From Phoronis australis (Eukaryota > Animalia > Phoronida): a DNA stretch of 64,000 bases. The notes beneath the pieces are model-generated. The model did not search any database. It was not told where the DNA came from and saw only the letters and a program-made list of their open reading frames with translations. Every line of letters begins with the position of its first letter. Position 1 is the stretch's first letter. The position numbers were made by a program, and so were the translations under genes. Positions 12,997-26,889 of this stretch are shown piece after piece. The DNA lies in contig NMRA01000338.1 of the NCBI GenBank assembly GCA_002633005.1, positions 342,775-406,774 of the forward strand, read 5' to 3'.

Positions 12997-14536
12997 ACTT
13001 AAAATGCTTGGACTTTTCGACTAGTCACATAGAACAATGAAGTTCCCCCGACATGGTCATAAGATATAAAAAGACTTGAGCTATGACACAACGGCTTACG
13101 GCCCGTTTATCATTTTACATATATCAGATCACGTGGTTCGTGATTGTGAAACTTGAGACTATGTCACTTTTGTAAAACAATAGCATGATAGTGTTATCGT
13201 GTGAACGCTGTGGCTGTGGCATTTAATCGATATCACAACACTATAACGTGGTCCTTATTTTCCAGATATCGGCCGGGCTCGAGAGCCGTCCAGTATATAT
13301 CAATTGAGTGGAACGTTGTGGCAGTCCGACACACTCTAATTTTCGTGACTAGACTCTTTAATTGCCGAGGATACTTCTGCAAACCAAAGGTTAGTATTAA
13401 TATGTGAATTCTAAAATCTTTTTGAACCATTATAAACTATTTTGGGGAGACCAACTTTTGACGCGTCTATAAACCCGTGTTCCGTCAAAGAACATTTGAT
13501 ACAAACCACTTAGAACAATGAAATTGATTTCAACTTGTTCGTTCACGTGAGAACTGATTTTTGGGCTCGGAAACAAATGTCGTTCCATTATTCCTTGAAA
13601 TTATGCAAGCCAACGTGTAAAGTCTGACCTGAATCAATAACGAACTATCATTTCTTTCATAGTCCTGAAACCACCTCTAATTTGACCTTAACAATTTAAG
13701 ACTAGTTTTCATAACATTATGTGGTCTAAATCAAAACTTGGTTTTTGTGATGGTTGGCGAGTGTATATTCGCTTTAAGATTTTGAAAGAATCTTAGCCTG
13801 AGAAGTCTTGCTTCAATGGTGCATGGGTTCACGAATTTGTTCAATTGTGCTGTAATGTTTGTTTGTTCTTAAAAATGTGCACCCGTGCTATTACGGCACC
13901 GCGAATAATTTGGAATGTCATGCGCTACTGTCAAACGTAAAATCTACTTCTATTCACCATTTTTACACCGTTGTTTTATAACACTGTATCGAAATCGAAG
14001 TGTTCACAATATAAGCAGGCCGTTCACCGTTCAGCCATTGTCTCAGGCTTGGAACTGACGAACCAGAACGAGGCCTCCAATTTCGAGTTGTGTGCGCCGG
14101 TTCTGAACTCCACAACACAGCGAACAGATTCATACTCGGCCCTTCTGGTATTTTTGAATCCTTTTAAAACTGGAAATCGTAGAAGACATATAATAACAAA
14201 GCGAAATCGTGCATTCCAGGCGACGGAATTTGTGCAAAGGTGTACAAGATGCATTATAATGTAATACACGTGTCCGTGTGTATGGACCAAATCTAATAAG
14301 AGAACTCAAACACTTAGCTAGGAATTGCACAGAGTTTATATCATTATTGTACAATCAACTGAAGCTTTCCTCTTGGTAAAATGGTGCCAAAACTGAAGGC
14401 AACAGTGGGTTTAAGCACAGTCTGTCTTTTCTTGCAGAATACGTAACCTGTTTATCACACCAACGGAGGGAGACTTTTAATCGGCCGTTTGAAGACACCA
14501 AAGTAGTCATTATCTCTCAACAGGCACGAGGAAGCT

Positions 14537-14770
14537 ATGGTAACCAAGCTCACCAGGAATCGCTCGAGAGTTAACATTGATATCAGGAAGCGACTGTACT
14601 CAGAAATGACTTCCTGTACCAAAATCCAGGAGGCGCTGCTACAGACATACGATCGTCTGCGCACAGATTTGGGTGAACTTGACAGCGATTTAGCCAAAAT
14701 AAAGCAATTGTTACATGCCTTCACCGAAAAAAAGCGGACGAGAAACGCCGAATGGCAAAAGAACGAATAA
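14537..14770 (+). CDS. Putative 77-aa small coiled-coil protein
   Basis: Strong Kozak gctATGg; first ATG after a good 3' splice acceptor (tctgtcttttcttgcag, 14437); heptad pattern QEALLQTYDRLRTDLGELDSDLAKIKQLL. Confidence 0.5.
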   Translation: MVTKLTRNRSRVNIDIRKRLYSEMTSCTKIQEALLQTYDRLRTDLGELDSDLAKIKQLLHAFTEKKRTRNAEWQKNE

Positions 14771-15894
14771 TTTCGTCTCCTCAATGTCATGGCATCTACA
14801 TTGTGTGACGAGAGATCACTGATTTGTAACAGTACCAAGCTCAATTAAGCAATTAGACCTAGTTAAAATTACATTCATTTCCCTCACGCATCCAACACTA
14901 AAATGAGTCAGGGATTCAAGCAGTTATTTGCTTGCAGTTTCACAAAGGACTGTATTGTTTTTAATTGTAAAACGAATGTTTTGCAACAAAGTGAGAGGGC
15001 CCCCAACAATGAAAACTGGAAAAAGGACATTGCCTCTAATTATCTCAGAGGAGTGAAAGTAGCCTGAAGGGTCAGGATGGCTTTGATTGCGCGCAAACAT
15101 TTCTAGAAATATGCAAGCGTGTGCTAAGACCGCGTCAGGTTGTATTTTCATCAAATTTAGAATCCCGTGCTGTGGGATGTTTTACAAACGAGTTCAGTCA
15201 TAGTCACCAGTTGTGTTTTGTGTCTTTTTGTCCATTCTCTGTAGATTCGGTTTAACTGCTTTGTTAGACAGGCACGTGCACGTGCACGTGTACGCCTACC
15301 ACTTTGCAACCGGTGATTCAAGTTTCACTCGCAAGATGTTTCTACTATGTTCATCTCGTGTATACCTATTTTTGCATATAGGCGCAGCTTGACATGTAGG
15401 CTGTTGAGCCTGAATACGCGCATATAAGTTGTGATAGAGATTCGTCATGGTCATTATTTATGACCCTCGTGCTGAAGTGGGGTGTGGTCTTGCAAAAAAG
15501 AGATCTTGATTACGTGAATACTTAGCAAACAACGAATGTTCATATTGAAATCCGGGGATGTTAGAATTCAGGACAAGTATGCCTACCGTTCCATAGCTAC
15601 ATGTATGTATATGCTAAACCTTAATACGAAAAATAAGCGATATTTTCTTTGGTACAGATTTTTTTTGTTTGACAGGAGATTATTTCAGGGTATTTGTTAT
15701 AAATCATATATTATAAGTAAATGTTTTAATAATTGCATGCTAATCATGACGTGGCGTCATAACTAGTTTGTTCCATTAGGACCACTGTATATGATATTTG
15801 GTCATATTTATATTTGTCTATATTATCTACAGTCGCATTTATGTCGAACACCACTATTTCTTTCGCTGAGACATCTTACTGCGGATTGTGTGTC

Positions 15895-16000
15895 GTTCGG
15901 CAGTATTTCAAGCGTTTGGTTGCATTGGAGATGTAACCAATGTAACCAAACGCATAGAAGCTGTCATGCTTGAAATACTGTTCCGCTGGTGCTGCCGAAC
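15895..16000. repeat. Short imperfect palindrome, MITE-like
   Basis: gttcggcagtatttcaagc ... gcttgaaatactg ... ctgccgaac. Confidence 0.6.
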
Positions 16001-16718
16001 ACCACATGTGTGAAAATAGATGGCGCTGCAGGTGCTTATTTTCACATTAACCTCCAAGGGAAAATGATGAGGCCAAATAGGCGATAAAATCGGCCATATT
16101 AAATAATCACAGTTACGTTTTATGCCATGTGCTTTTTCCGAGGAGAGACTAGCTAAAAATAATTATAGATTTATTAGCTTTCTGTTTAGTTTTGTCAGTA
16201 ATCCCCATGCTGTTATATTACCAAGGAATTAACGTTGTATTTTATGTTGATAAATTTTAAGTTGCTGTTGTTTGTGTTTAAATGATATAAAGTGTATCGA
16301 TGTTTTTATTTAAATATAGTTTAAGTCGAACTGGACATGTAAGAACTCGTGCTGAAATGACTTGGTCAAAACTATTACCTACAACGATGGAATTGTGGGA
16401 GGTTGGGTGATCGACAGCATTGCTTTGTTCCTTCCTAACGTCGGTCTCACGTCCACAATTAACGGCTTATAAAGTTTGACGACAGGCATTTCAAATGCCC
16501 AATTACCAGAGCTAATCAAATTGTAAGTCCGCTTTGTTCTCGTCTAGAGGAGAGTTTTAAGTTTTAATGTGGAGATATATAGGGCTTTGTGTTGTAAGAC
16601 CAGTAGCGTGTACCGTTTAATCTCTGACACGACCGAGTCCTCTTCTGCGAGGGCGCAGCCTGCCGGTGATTTCTCTCTTCGTAAACAACCTTTATAGCGA
16701 GCTATTTGGGAATCCTTT

Positions 16719-17148
16719 GCCCGGTTGCATGAAACAGTATCAAATAGGGATTCAACTAAGGTCCCTAAATCTACTGTGTATTTTTGGACTTGTGAAAACA
16801 TCGATTGCCCTTTCTTGTATTGTTTTAGTTTCATTACTAAGTCAACTTTTGACTTTGATACAAATGGAGTGTGAATTCTACGTTGAATTGTCGATATTAT
16901 CGAAAATAGTTTGGGATCTTTTAGCAACACCCCCAATTTAAAGACTGAGTCCCTATTTGTTTTCAATGAGCTCTGGGCTCAGTTTTTAGTTATTTTATTA
17001 GAAAATTCCATTAATCAAAGAGGAGTTCATAATAAAGACGAAATGATACAAAAATATTGCATCTGTGAGTCCATAAAGACACAAATGTGCAAAAAGACTT
17101 AGGGACCTGAGTTGAGTCCCTCTTTGGGACCATTTCATGCAACCGGCC
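16719..17148. mobile_element. MITE with ~50-bp TIRs (related element at 49741-50152)
   Basis: ccggttgcatgaaacagt...caactaaggtccctaa / ttagggacctgagttg...tttcatgcaaccgg. Confidence 0.8.
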
Positions 17149-18162
17149 CCTTGAGCGCAGTTACACTTCAGCATGACGTGGAATCGATCCCCGACCTGTG
17201 CACTGTCGCGTATATTTCGTAGTGACTAAATCAGAGTGTTTTAAGATAACTTACAATTGAAATACATCTGTGCAATTTCTAACTTTCATCAGAGTAGACT
17301 TTGCAGTTGGGACAATGGCAACAACTATTTGTATACATATGTCCAGTGGTGTGAAAGTGCTTAATTGTGTTAGGTTCAGACATGTTTTGTAAAGGGTAAA
17401 ATCGCAACCTCAGAACTGGCGAATGTAACGCATTCGTGTGCTCGGCACATTAACAAATACCTAAAATATTGCCCGTTGCAGCAGTAGCATTTTTCTTCCG
17501 TTCACGCTTCATCTCTACAGCTCTGCTCAGTTGCTGCACAAGAAATCACTACAGCGTCCTTTGCATTTTATTCAAAAAATAGGTGAGTGTACATGAACAG
17601 TGTCGGCCTATGTGTTCCCGTAAGCCGATTTCGAAATATGTTTGACATCTCTTATTTAAAATAATTGTTAAAGTAAAGTGTTATACGCTATTACTGACAG
17701 GTTAAAATGTTTCCACAAAATGGAACTTTTGCGGATAGTTTGGTGGGTATGAAAGTGAAGGGTATAACAGAAGTTCTGAAATGATTACCTATGGACCAAG
17801 TCGATAAGGAAATCATCGCTGTTGATGATGTTCACTATATTTTTGTCTCCGTTGAGTCTGAGCTCGGGCCTTGTCAAAATACATTAGCTGCAGGCTTATG
17901 ACTGAAACAGCTGTTGAAGTGCTTGGAATAGATGCTAGTAATACTTCACTCAGCGAGGTGCAGCAAGAACGTTCTCAGCAAGTGTGACGACACAGTATTT
18001 ACAGATTCGGATGTACCGGTTGCAGAAAGCCTGTCATAAAAAGTTCCACATTGTATATACCTGGCTACGAGTTTACGCCGACATTTCTTCATGAAAAAGG
18101 GATAAACAAAATGAGATGAGACAAGTATGCACTTGCATGTTGCGTGCAAAATCTCACTAAGG

Positions 18163-18789
18163 CATGCCCGTACTCAGCATGTGATTTGAGGGGGTGGGGG
18201 TGCAGACAAAACCGGCTGCAGTGGTTGACGCTAAACCACTAACCCTCGACGAACCCGAATTTTCACGCGACGTTAGGAAAGATGTGTTTTAATAATACAT
18301 TGGCGAAAACGATCCAACACTGGAAATGAACAAAAAAGAAATATATCATTTTTTGGATGTGACTAGTGGCATTGACTCTTATTTTAATGATGCTTTCACA
18401 TTAGCGAATTTTTCTTGCGACTGCTTACACGGATCGCCAAATCGTAACCAGTTGCAATCAACCGTAAATAATTTGTCACAAACCACAACATCGATCGTAA
18501 ACACTCGTAGTGGCGAAAGGAGATACAAATTTCAAACATGTAGAAATAACACATAATCATTCGAAAACTTCTTGTATGATTCTGTAAGTGACTCGTGTGC
18601 ATTTACGTAACGCATAGGCACGTATAGCTGCGTCAGATTATCGCAAGACAGATCGAGCATTACCTAGGTAATTGAAAAAGTACTGGTAAATGTGAATTAA
18701 ATTCAGCTTGCCAGGCCAGACCTCAAATCCCGGTCGGGGTCCGTGTGCTCCTGCCTGTAGCATACCCTCTACCCCCGGCTACGGGCATG
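18163..18789. mobile_element. MITE with CATGCCCGTA termini
   Basis: catgcccgta / tacgggcatg; flanks taagg / taaga (4/5 match). Confidence 0.65.
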
Positions 18790-19919
18790 TAAGAGAACCT
18801 TCACAACTGCCATGCATTTTCATCAGCGTGCAAATCGTAAGTTGTGGGGAAAGGACTTGCTGCTTGCGAACTCTTTTTAAATCATAAACACGGCGATGTC
18901 GAAAAATAAAATCAATATAGGTAATCATCCAAACGAATAGTACTGCGATCTCTTATCGAGAATTCGTTTCACATGGCAATGTCCCAACGAGACCGAACAT
19001 GTGCTTTGGTTTCGTGTTATATTACGTCACATTTTTGTATAAGCGTACCCACGCTGGTCAAGCGATGGACAAGATTTCTTGAGACAGCAACATTCTCAAT
19101 ATAACCGTTGCTTACAGTATCTGCCTTGTTTCTCTTCCATTTCATAAGCATTGAACTCGCATTAGTCGATATCAAATCCTAAGTCGAATGTTGCCATTAT
19201 GAAAAGTTACACCAACAACGAGACTTACGAAACGCTGACAGCAGACGTTTTGCAATGAAACACACAGCCTAACGCTATATGGGTCTCCAATAAACTGGTG
19301 CCAAGTTTCTAAATATGCGATCAATGTCTTATAAAAGACCTCCTTTTATAAAGTGTTCTCGGGCATTGCTGATGGTGAAAGCAACACAGACTACGACAGA
19401 CGGGATGGGAGTTCGATTCTTGGCTAGATGAAATACAACTGTAACTGAAGTTCTACAACAAATGCTTTTGGTGTCTTGTCGGATACAAAATATTCAATTA
19501 GCCCCCAATGTGGCTGAAAAGTGAAATTCTTTTTTGCCAAATTTCTCCACGAAAATAAAGATAAAGAAAATTTTAATCTATTACAAGCAGGGCGTGTACT
19601 GTGTAGATGTCATGAAGCCACATTTTGAAAAGTTTGCACTAGTTGTAGTGAAAATGGCAATTTTTGTGCGAAATAAGTGAAGAATTACCGTAGTAAACGA
19701 AACACACCCGCGTAGCTTGGTTAAAGAACAAACTACACGCTCGGACCCGGGGCCTGGGTACTATGGAAAGCTTTCGCGTAAATATTCTCTTTTTAAAGTT
19801 AATTATAAATATCAATAGCTTTGTTGTACCTTTTTAAGCTAACATGTGACTGTTTACGACCTTCGTAACCTGTGCAATGGGAAAACCTGTCTATTTCTGT
19901 AGGTTAATAAATCTAAAGT

Positions 19920-20324
19920 ACCCTCTGACATAGCGCTACCTATGCTGAAAAGTGACCCGTGGAAACATGATGAATGACACACGGAATTCCGTGTGTGGGC
20001 ATCAATGCGCATGCCTTGGTCGGAAGCATACCGTTCACATCGCCACCACTTGCACACGCCTTCATGCGTTGTACCAGTGTAGGCTTAAGCCACTGGATTG
20101 GGGTTATCTGGATTTTGTTTACTTCGACCACTGCCCGTTTTAATAAATTAAAACTATTCATGTCAGTGGTCGCCGTACTTGGAAACAGTAAACTGAAAGG
20201 GTTTCCAGATTTCAACCAATGGGAATGACTGAATGTCATGACGTCGGTTTCAATACTTTAACCAATGAGAAGCCATGTTTAACAACATGCGACAGTGCTA
20301 AAATTCGTAGCACTGTGAAAGAGT
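19920..20324. mobile_element. Non-autonomous element with imperfect terminal inverted repeats
   Basis: accctctgacatagcgctac / gtagcactgtgaaagagt; similar end motif near 52795. Confidence 0.5.
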
Positions 20325-20899
20325 GTAGAATTAATGTGACATAAACTTCCGGTTCCGGCAATGCTGGAATATCGCTAACCTCGTCCGACTAGCCTCCAGT
20401 ACGCCGTCGACTTCGTGCAAGCCAAAATACAGTCAAATTCCTGACTTCTGTATTTGGAAAGTGGCGTGAGTTGATACTCGGACAGTGGGATTATAAACGT
20501 TTTGAGGTTACCCAGCAGACATCAGTATTGATTAAAAAGCATGGAAGAATAAGTGGTCAGGGGACCAGTCCGTTTCCCTATAATTATTCGAAGGACCGGC
20601 CTTTCTGTAACCAATCATTAACCAGAATATATTGCAGCTGCCTAGTCTCAGACATGGTATTAGTCTGAAATATCGCCTGATTTATTATTACCAAACTTCC
20701 GGCGTCCATCACTGGTCGTTTTCATTCCTTTCTAATTTAAGGGGACAATAAATAGACAAAAATTTAATTTAGTGCGGCAACTTACCGTTATAAAATGGGT
20801 ATCAGATTATAACTAATGTACATGCTTTAAAACAACTGTCATGTCATTATTGCACCAGACCGGGTCTATTATTTTGTCGGTTAATGTCAATTACCACAT

Positions 20900-20901
<2 letters not shown>

Positions 20902-20942
<41 letters not shown>

Positions 20943-20985
20943 AACAAACAAACAAGCAAACACACGCATACACACATACATACAA
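20902..20985. repeat. (CA)n/(CAAA)n microsatellite
   Basis: Directly visible. Confidence 0.9.
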
Positions 20986-20995
20986 AATTTTTAAC

Positions 20996-21480
20996 ATGAT
21001 TGACATGCAATACTGTTTTCAAAATTTGACTACTTGTAACATAGTGGATGCTAGAAACAAACTATCTGAATACTCGAAACATATTCGGGCTCAGTTTGTT
21101 GCAACAAAACCCAAGTTAAGAACCTACATTTCATTTAACCACGAGATTTTAACGGAACTGTATGTGAAGCTTATTTTATCTCGTTCCGAGCGATCTCTTT
21201 TGGCCCTGTTTAGAGCAGGAAATCTCCCATTGTACTTGGAAACTGGTCGTTATGTAAAATACTCCTTTAAGAGAAAACCTTTGCTTGTGTTGTGACACTG
21301 ATTCTATGGAGGATGAGCTCCATTCTGATTGATCTCTTTATAACTCAAGCAGGTCTATTCTATTTCATAATGTTTCACTTCAAGTACCGAACTTCGCAGA
21401 ATTGTGTCAGTATTTCCCTAAGCAATTTGCTAAATATATCGAGTCTGCTTTTCAACTTAGAAACCGTTGCATTTATGAAA
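20996..21480 (+). mobile_element. Decayed non-LTR retrotransposon C-terminal fragment (CR1/L2-group)
   Basis: KPKLRTY...E.YVK..LSRSERSLLALFRAGNLPLYLETGRY, then frameshifted LCLCCDTDSMEDELH. Confidence 0.8.
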
Positions 21481-24336
21481 TATCTGAGTTGTGTGGTTAA
21501 AGTGACTAGTAAGCCCAACTGGGCTGGGTAGGCTACTTACGACTTGCCCATAATCAGGCACAATCAAACTAACCTGGAATACAAAATTACACATTTGTAT
21601 TCCCGTCGGAACTATACGGATTTAATGACCTATACACTATACTACCCACACTCAGTGTTCAAATCATACATTGTTCATGTATTTTTCCTAACGATGAGCA
21701 GGACGAGGTAGTCTCCGCAGTGTAATTTAAACTATTCAGATGGTTGTTAGTTGAGGTTTGGAAAAGAAAATTTATTCCAGCAATTAAGTTCAACAAAGGG
21801 ATAACAATCCAAACATCACTTGCTACCTGATAAAGGCTTTGCCCCAGACGACACATATTTTCGTTAAGAACTTGTTTACTTTTCAAAAATAACGATTTGT
21901 CATTTTCGCCAGTCATTCACTATCTTCTCATGCCAGTAAATGTACATCGATGAAACCTGCAGTACGCCTCTATTACTTTCTGTAACTTTTCTAATGCATT
22001 CTCTAGGCACAAAACAAGAAGCTTTCTTTTATTAAGAAAATTGAAAGGGAAGTTTATCCTGAACCACTGAACACACAGTCTATTTTGAATCAGGCCTGTT
22101 GGCTTACTGTATGCGGCAGGACCCTGTTTTAGATGGTCGTATCTTGATTTTTAATGATAAAATATTCATTATCGCGGTTTATGGGTGTTCGCGTTAACCT
22201 GGAATGAGGGGTACATGTACGGTCGGGATGACGGATTAGTATGACTTCGCTCTTACAGTGAGAAATGCAGCGTCGCCCTTGCTTGTTACCGGCTTGCCTG
22301 CTGCTAGACTTTACAGAGTGTTAGATGTGCGCGAACATCACTAGTTTATCGATGCAGTTCGTATCTCTCAGTGGTGTTTCCAAACGAATGGCACATGTTT
22401 CTCACAAAAACTACTCGCGGTTTATTTTGGTCATTGTTCCAGGTAAAACGAGTTCCTTTTCACGCAGTACGTAAACATGTCAGACATATGCAGTGTTGCC
22501 AGATTCATGACGTTTCGCAGTCTTAATAAAGTTTTTGTTTTTTATATCTCCCGGATTTCACCGAATAGCTATCAATCATAATGGAGTCATGGTGTACCAG
22601 TCGTCATTCATTTGGCGAGCTCGTAGATATTTTGCCAGTTTGTATATTGATGAATTAGATTCAAATATAATATAAGCTGTGGTCACTTTTCTCTCCTTAA
22701 TAATAACGTAATTACGCTCAGTGATCTTGACCCCTAGGCTCGTACACGGACAACTGCATGTATAGTTCCAATCCATCAACCTCTCAAAGAAACAAGTTCT
22801 TCGCAAGGTTAAATATTTGGGGAGACCCAAAAGTACATAAAGACACATTTTGTTACTTCGCACTCATTCTAACGCCAAAATCAACCGCAACCTCAACAGA
22901 AACACTGAGTGCATTGATACGCCGTAAAATGTAACAATTTCGTAAAATGTAACAGCTGTTACATTTTGCGTCATTGATACATTTTACGTTGCTAGGCCTC
23001 TCCTAAAATTCAACAAGTTGTTACATTTTATGCAATTGCTACAATTACGCTGAATGCACATGCGAGAGATGTACCATTGTAACATTTTACGAAAGCGACG
23101 TCATATTTCATGAGTTTGCATGGCATTTGTCACACGGAGGAAAACGGTTCACCCACTTAACGCCTTCTTTCTCAGGTATTGGTTGAATGAAATTCTATTA
23201 AATGTGCCAGCACGATATAGATGTGTCCCTATGTGCTTTCCATTGTTTTTTACATGAGTAGTTTTTTGGTATAGTAAAAATGTACCCCGTACAGTTTCGA
23301 CTCCAGACGAAAAGAGTTTCCAGGATCAGGTAACAAGTTTTTTATGGTTAAAGCGTTCTTGCTATCTTTTGTTGTCGCTCACAGGTCAGAAACCTGTTGT
23401 TCGTCCGACATTACAGTAAACACACTTCCCTTGGTAAGCAGAACAGAAACAATGATATCGTATTTGGCTAATATTTGTCGTATTTCTTCGGGAACAAACG
23501 ACAATAACAGAATTCTTCACGGAGAATTCAATTTCGGAAGCCAGGTTGATAGAATAAACACCCATTTTAGTCCACGACAGTTTGGTTCATTTCAGCCAGT
23601 GTTTTATTGCCTTGGAACCATCGCTAATGCAGTAATTGCTCTGTTCCACACAAGAGGAGCAAGACCAAAGTTTCTGATGCCGACGGGTTCTGTCTACCTC
23701 CTTAGTTACGAATGACAATTTCTTAACATTGTGGTGGAAGGAAATAAAAGCACGTACATATGTTTGCGGGCAAATTGGCAGATTTTGCCAGTGCAACAGC
23801 AAAATATCACCTTTGAAAACGGCGAACCAATAGTTTAAAAAACTGGCGGCATAGTAACCTGTTTTGAACAGCTTTTAAAACTGAAAGAAATGTCATTGTT
23901 CCTATGATGTCATAGTATGTCTGAAACAGTGGTGATAACAATAGATCAAGCCGTGGCGTGTATTACGTAAAATGGGAAGCCTAGCTGGGTAAATAGAAAA
24001 TATTTTGGCACTCTGAAAGGACATGATCATTTTGCTCAAACCGGGTCTATGTCGATAGTTTAAAGGGGCAATAGTCCAAACAAAGCTGACTGTCGGCCTT
24101 TCGGACTAAAAAACATGCACATTCTCTTTCTTTTATCTTTTAAGATAATATATGAATTAAAATTGCTATTTGGTCAATGTTCGTTAATTCGAAGCACAGA
24201 TAAATAAAGATAAAGGTTGGACATTCTATTACTAACGGACGTTAAGTCACGTGTCTCATGAGGCGCCATGTGTTGTGTTGCAGCTCGCTGTCAACACGCG
24301 TGGTTGTATGCAGATAAGAATACTGGGGCCCGTTAA

Positions 24337-24634
24337 CATGCGCGCACCCAGGGGGGGCTCGGGGGCTCGAATGAGCCCCCCATTAGGCGAAGTGGGCAAA
24401 AAGGTCCGCCTCAGAGAAACAAAAAGTCCAAGAAAACGAGACAAAAGTCCACTAAAAAGGCGGTAAAGGTCCGCCCCAGGGTAACAGCAAGTCCGAGGAA
24501 ACGAGAAAAAAGTCCAATAATAAGGCGTAAACGCACTATTCACAGCTGTGGACGTGGTACCCAGTTTTTTAGTCCTTCCGCTTTTTTGTTGGTAAAAGGT
24601 CCAGATCGTAGGAAATTCGATCCCCCCGCGCATG
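24337..24634. mobile_element. GC-rich MITE family A (copies at 43339-43554 and 44275-~44520)
   Basis: catgcgcg / cgcgcatg termini; shared internal gggcaaaaaggtccgcctcagagaaacaaaaagtcc. Confidence 0.8.
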
Positions 24635-26536
24635 GTTCCACGTAAAATTGTTGCGTGTTTTGTACGTCCGTTACCAGCTATTCTAATGACCCGGTGACCG
24701 CAGCTATAGCGGACTAGTCGCCTGTTCTCGAAAAATGTCTGCCTCCAGAATTCAACTTAACGAAATTTTCGAACTTACACATCATCGTGAAACGAGCCCC
24801 AGTTCTTTGAAAAGGAATGTTTGATCAAGAGACAAAAGTGATTACACGGTGGGTATCCTCACGTTTAGATTTAAGTCGCAAGTAAACGTTTAATTTGCCG
24901 TCTGAATTTAGTTCTTCGTGGCAAACCACAGAAGGATATAGTTACATGTACATTTACAAACAATACCGTGCTTTCCGATAGCTCATAAATTATCAATTTT
25001 TGAAATTGGCGCACGTCTAAACAAGATTTTAAATCTCAACCTCTTCGTTTCCAAAGAGTACGCCTACTCTGCATCCACTGCTGTCAAGACGTTTCTCTGG
25101 AACCCTTTTAAAATCCTTTTGAAACAGTGGTGACTGTTTCAGTGACACGTCACCAGGAACACATCCGGAATTTCTTGCTACCACGCCCTTGCTGTGGACA
25201 TCGGGCAACACCTGTTATCGTTGACGTCTGGTGCCACTTTTGTGGGATTTCGCAACAAATAACTATGATAGAACAATGGTGGGCTGAAAAAACCATGTTG
25301 ATCGGAACTATCCATTGCAAGGAAACTCACATAAAGTCATACCTGCATCTATTTATCAAGATAACAAACACACAATGACTTCAAGCGACGCCAGGTTAAA
25401 GAAATAAAGCTCGTAAATCCAGTATTGGGCATAAGATAGGATAAGAGACCGAAGACAGAAATGTGTGCTGCTTGGCTCTTGGGCTTATATAAGTAAGCGA
25501 CATTAAAATGTTCTAGTAAATGTTTTCGGATGCCTGGTATTGAATGGTGCACGTCATCCACGCTTTGAATCAAATGTTGTAATGATTTATGTTGAATAAT
25601 TTTGCAACATGTTGGTGGAATCAATGGTTAGCGTCAGGGCTTGGTTGTGTAACTCCAGACAGTCTCACACTATTGTGACATTTTTACGCGATGAATATTG
25701 CAGTATTACGAAATGATTACTCCATTAAAACGGTCTCTTTAAAAAACTAATTTGTGTCAATCTCGGTTTTACAGTGGAGACAGACAAGACTACGCTATCA
25801 CCCGGTGTATACAGACTTTTCAAAGCATCTTACTTTGCATACATTTTTCTATGAGTATAGCCTCAGTGATGAACCAACAGGTTTGCAATACTTTACAAAA
25901 TATACCCTAACTGATTCTGATTGGCGCTAGAGGCAAAGTGCCGTTCGTAATCACTCTAGGCGCACCAGTGCAGAGCACTATTGTTCTACAGTTTTTACCC
26001 TATTCTTAATTGTATAGATATTTTTGATTTCCAAGCGACTGAAATCAATCATTGAAAGTTCACACAAGGCATTCGTCAATACCTAAAATTTGAAAGATTA
26101 TATTTTTATATTCCAAAATGCACCGGAGGAGTTCATTTGGTGCACTGGTCATCTAACTTATAATCGAAAATGTGTTGTCTCCTACATACTTAAAAGTATG
26201 CTTTCAACTTTGGGGCACACGTGTATCGGCAAACATGTCTACCTCTCTAAACTGTGCAACCGTCTATTCAGATTTATAGGTCAAACGATCACAGAGTGGA
26301 GGCATGAATTTTAAGCTATATGTCATTCAGTGCGCCGTTCGGTCATTAGGTGTATTTGTCTTCTGAAATTTCGACATTTTCGTTCAACTTGTATTCTACT
26401 GCATCAACAGTTAGACATGCCGGTTGTCAGCAGTATCTACAGTCATTAGGTGCATTTTCCTCTAAAAATTTTACTTTTTCACTCGACTTGTATTCTACTG
26501 TGTCAACAATTAGACATTTGCGATACTCAGCAATAT

Positions 26537-26776
26537 AATATAAATAATTGCAGGCGGTCTGATACACGTTGTACCAGACGTGCGCAGGCCTCGCATGTGG
26601 GCCCATTGCACTGATCACCTGGAAATATTTTTATGCTTTATTAATATATGGTTAAAACCGAGCTGAGGAGCTAGAAACCTGGCTCAAGGGTTTAGCAGTG
26701 TGACCTGGTGGGACTTGAACCCACTACCTCGAGTAAAGAAAGTGGGCACTTATCAACCAGGCCACACTGCCTCCTC
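26537..26776 (-). mobile_element. tRNA-derived SINE, full length
   Basis: Minus strand has A-box-like tggcctggttga and B box gggttcaagtccc. 13-bp TSD tactcagcaatat (26524-26536, 26777-26789). Close copy at 54212-54444. Confidence 0.9.
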
Positions 26777-26889
26777 TACTCAGCAATATCGTATAGCACA
26801 GCTTTTATTTAGGAGGTTAACACAGTTTGCCAAAAAGCCGTAAAGCAGTCGTTATTTTGCGCCATTGACTAACTTAAAACCATTTGAAT

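Noticed and set aside
16544-16966. 140-aa minus-strand ORF
   Set aside because: Starts at TTG inside a MITE and runs into the flank; no recognisable motif.
23344-23802. 123-aa ORF and overlapping frames
   Set aside because: No recognisable domain or splice context; cannot be supported as a gene.
26690-26773. tRNA gene (also 54360-54441 and 26975-27045)
   Set aside because: A and B boxes are present but the cloverleaf is not intact; these lie in TSD-flanked SINEs or other repeats.
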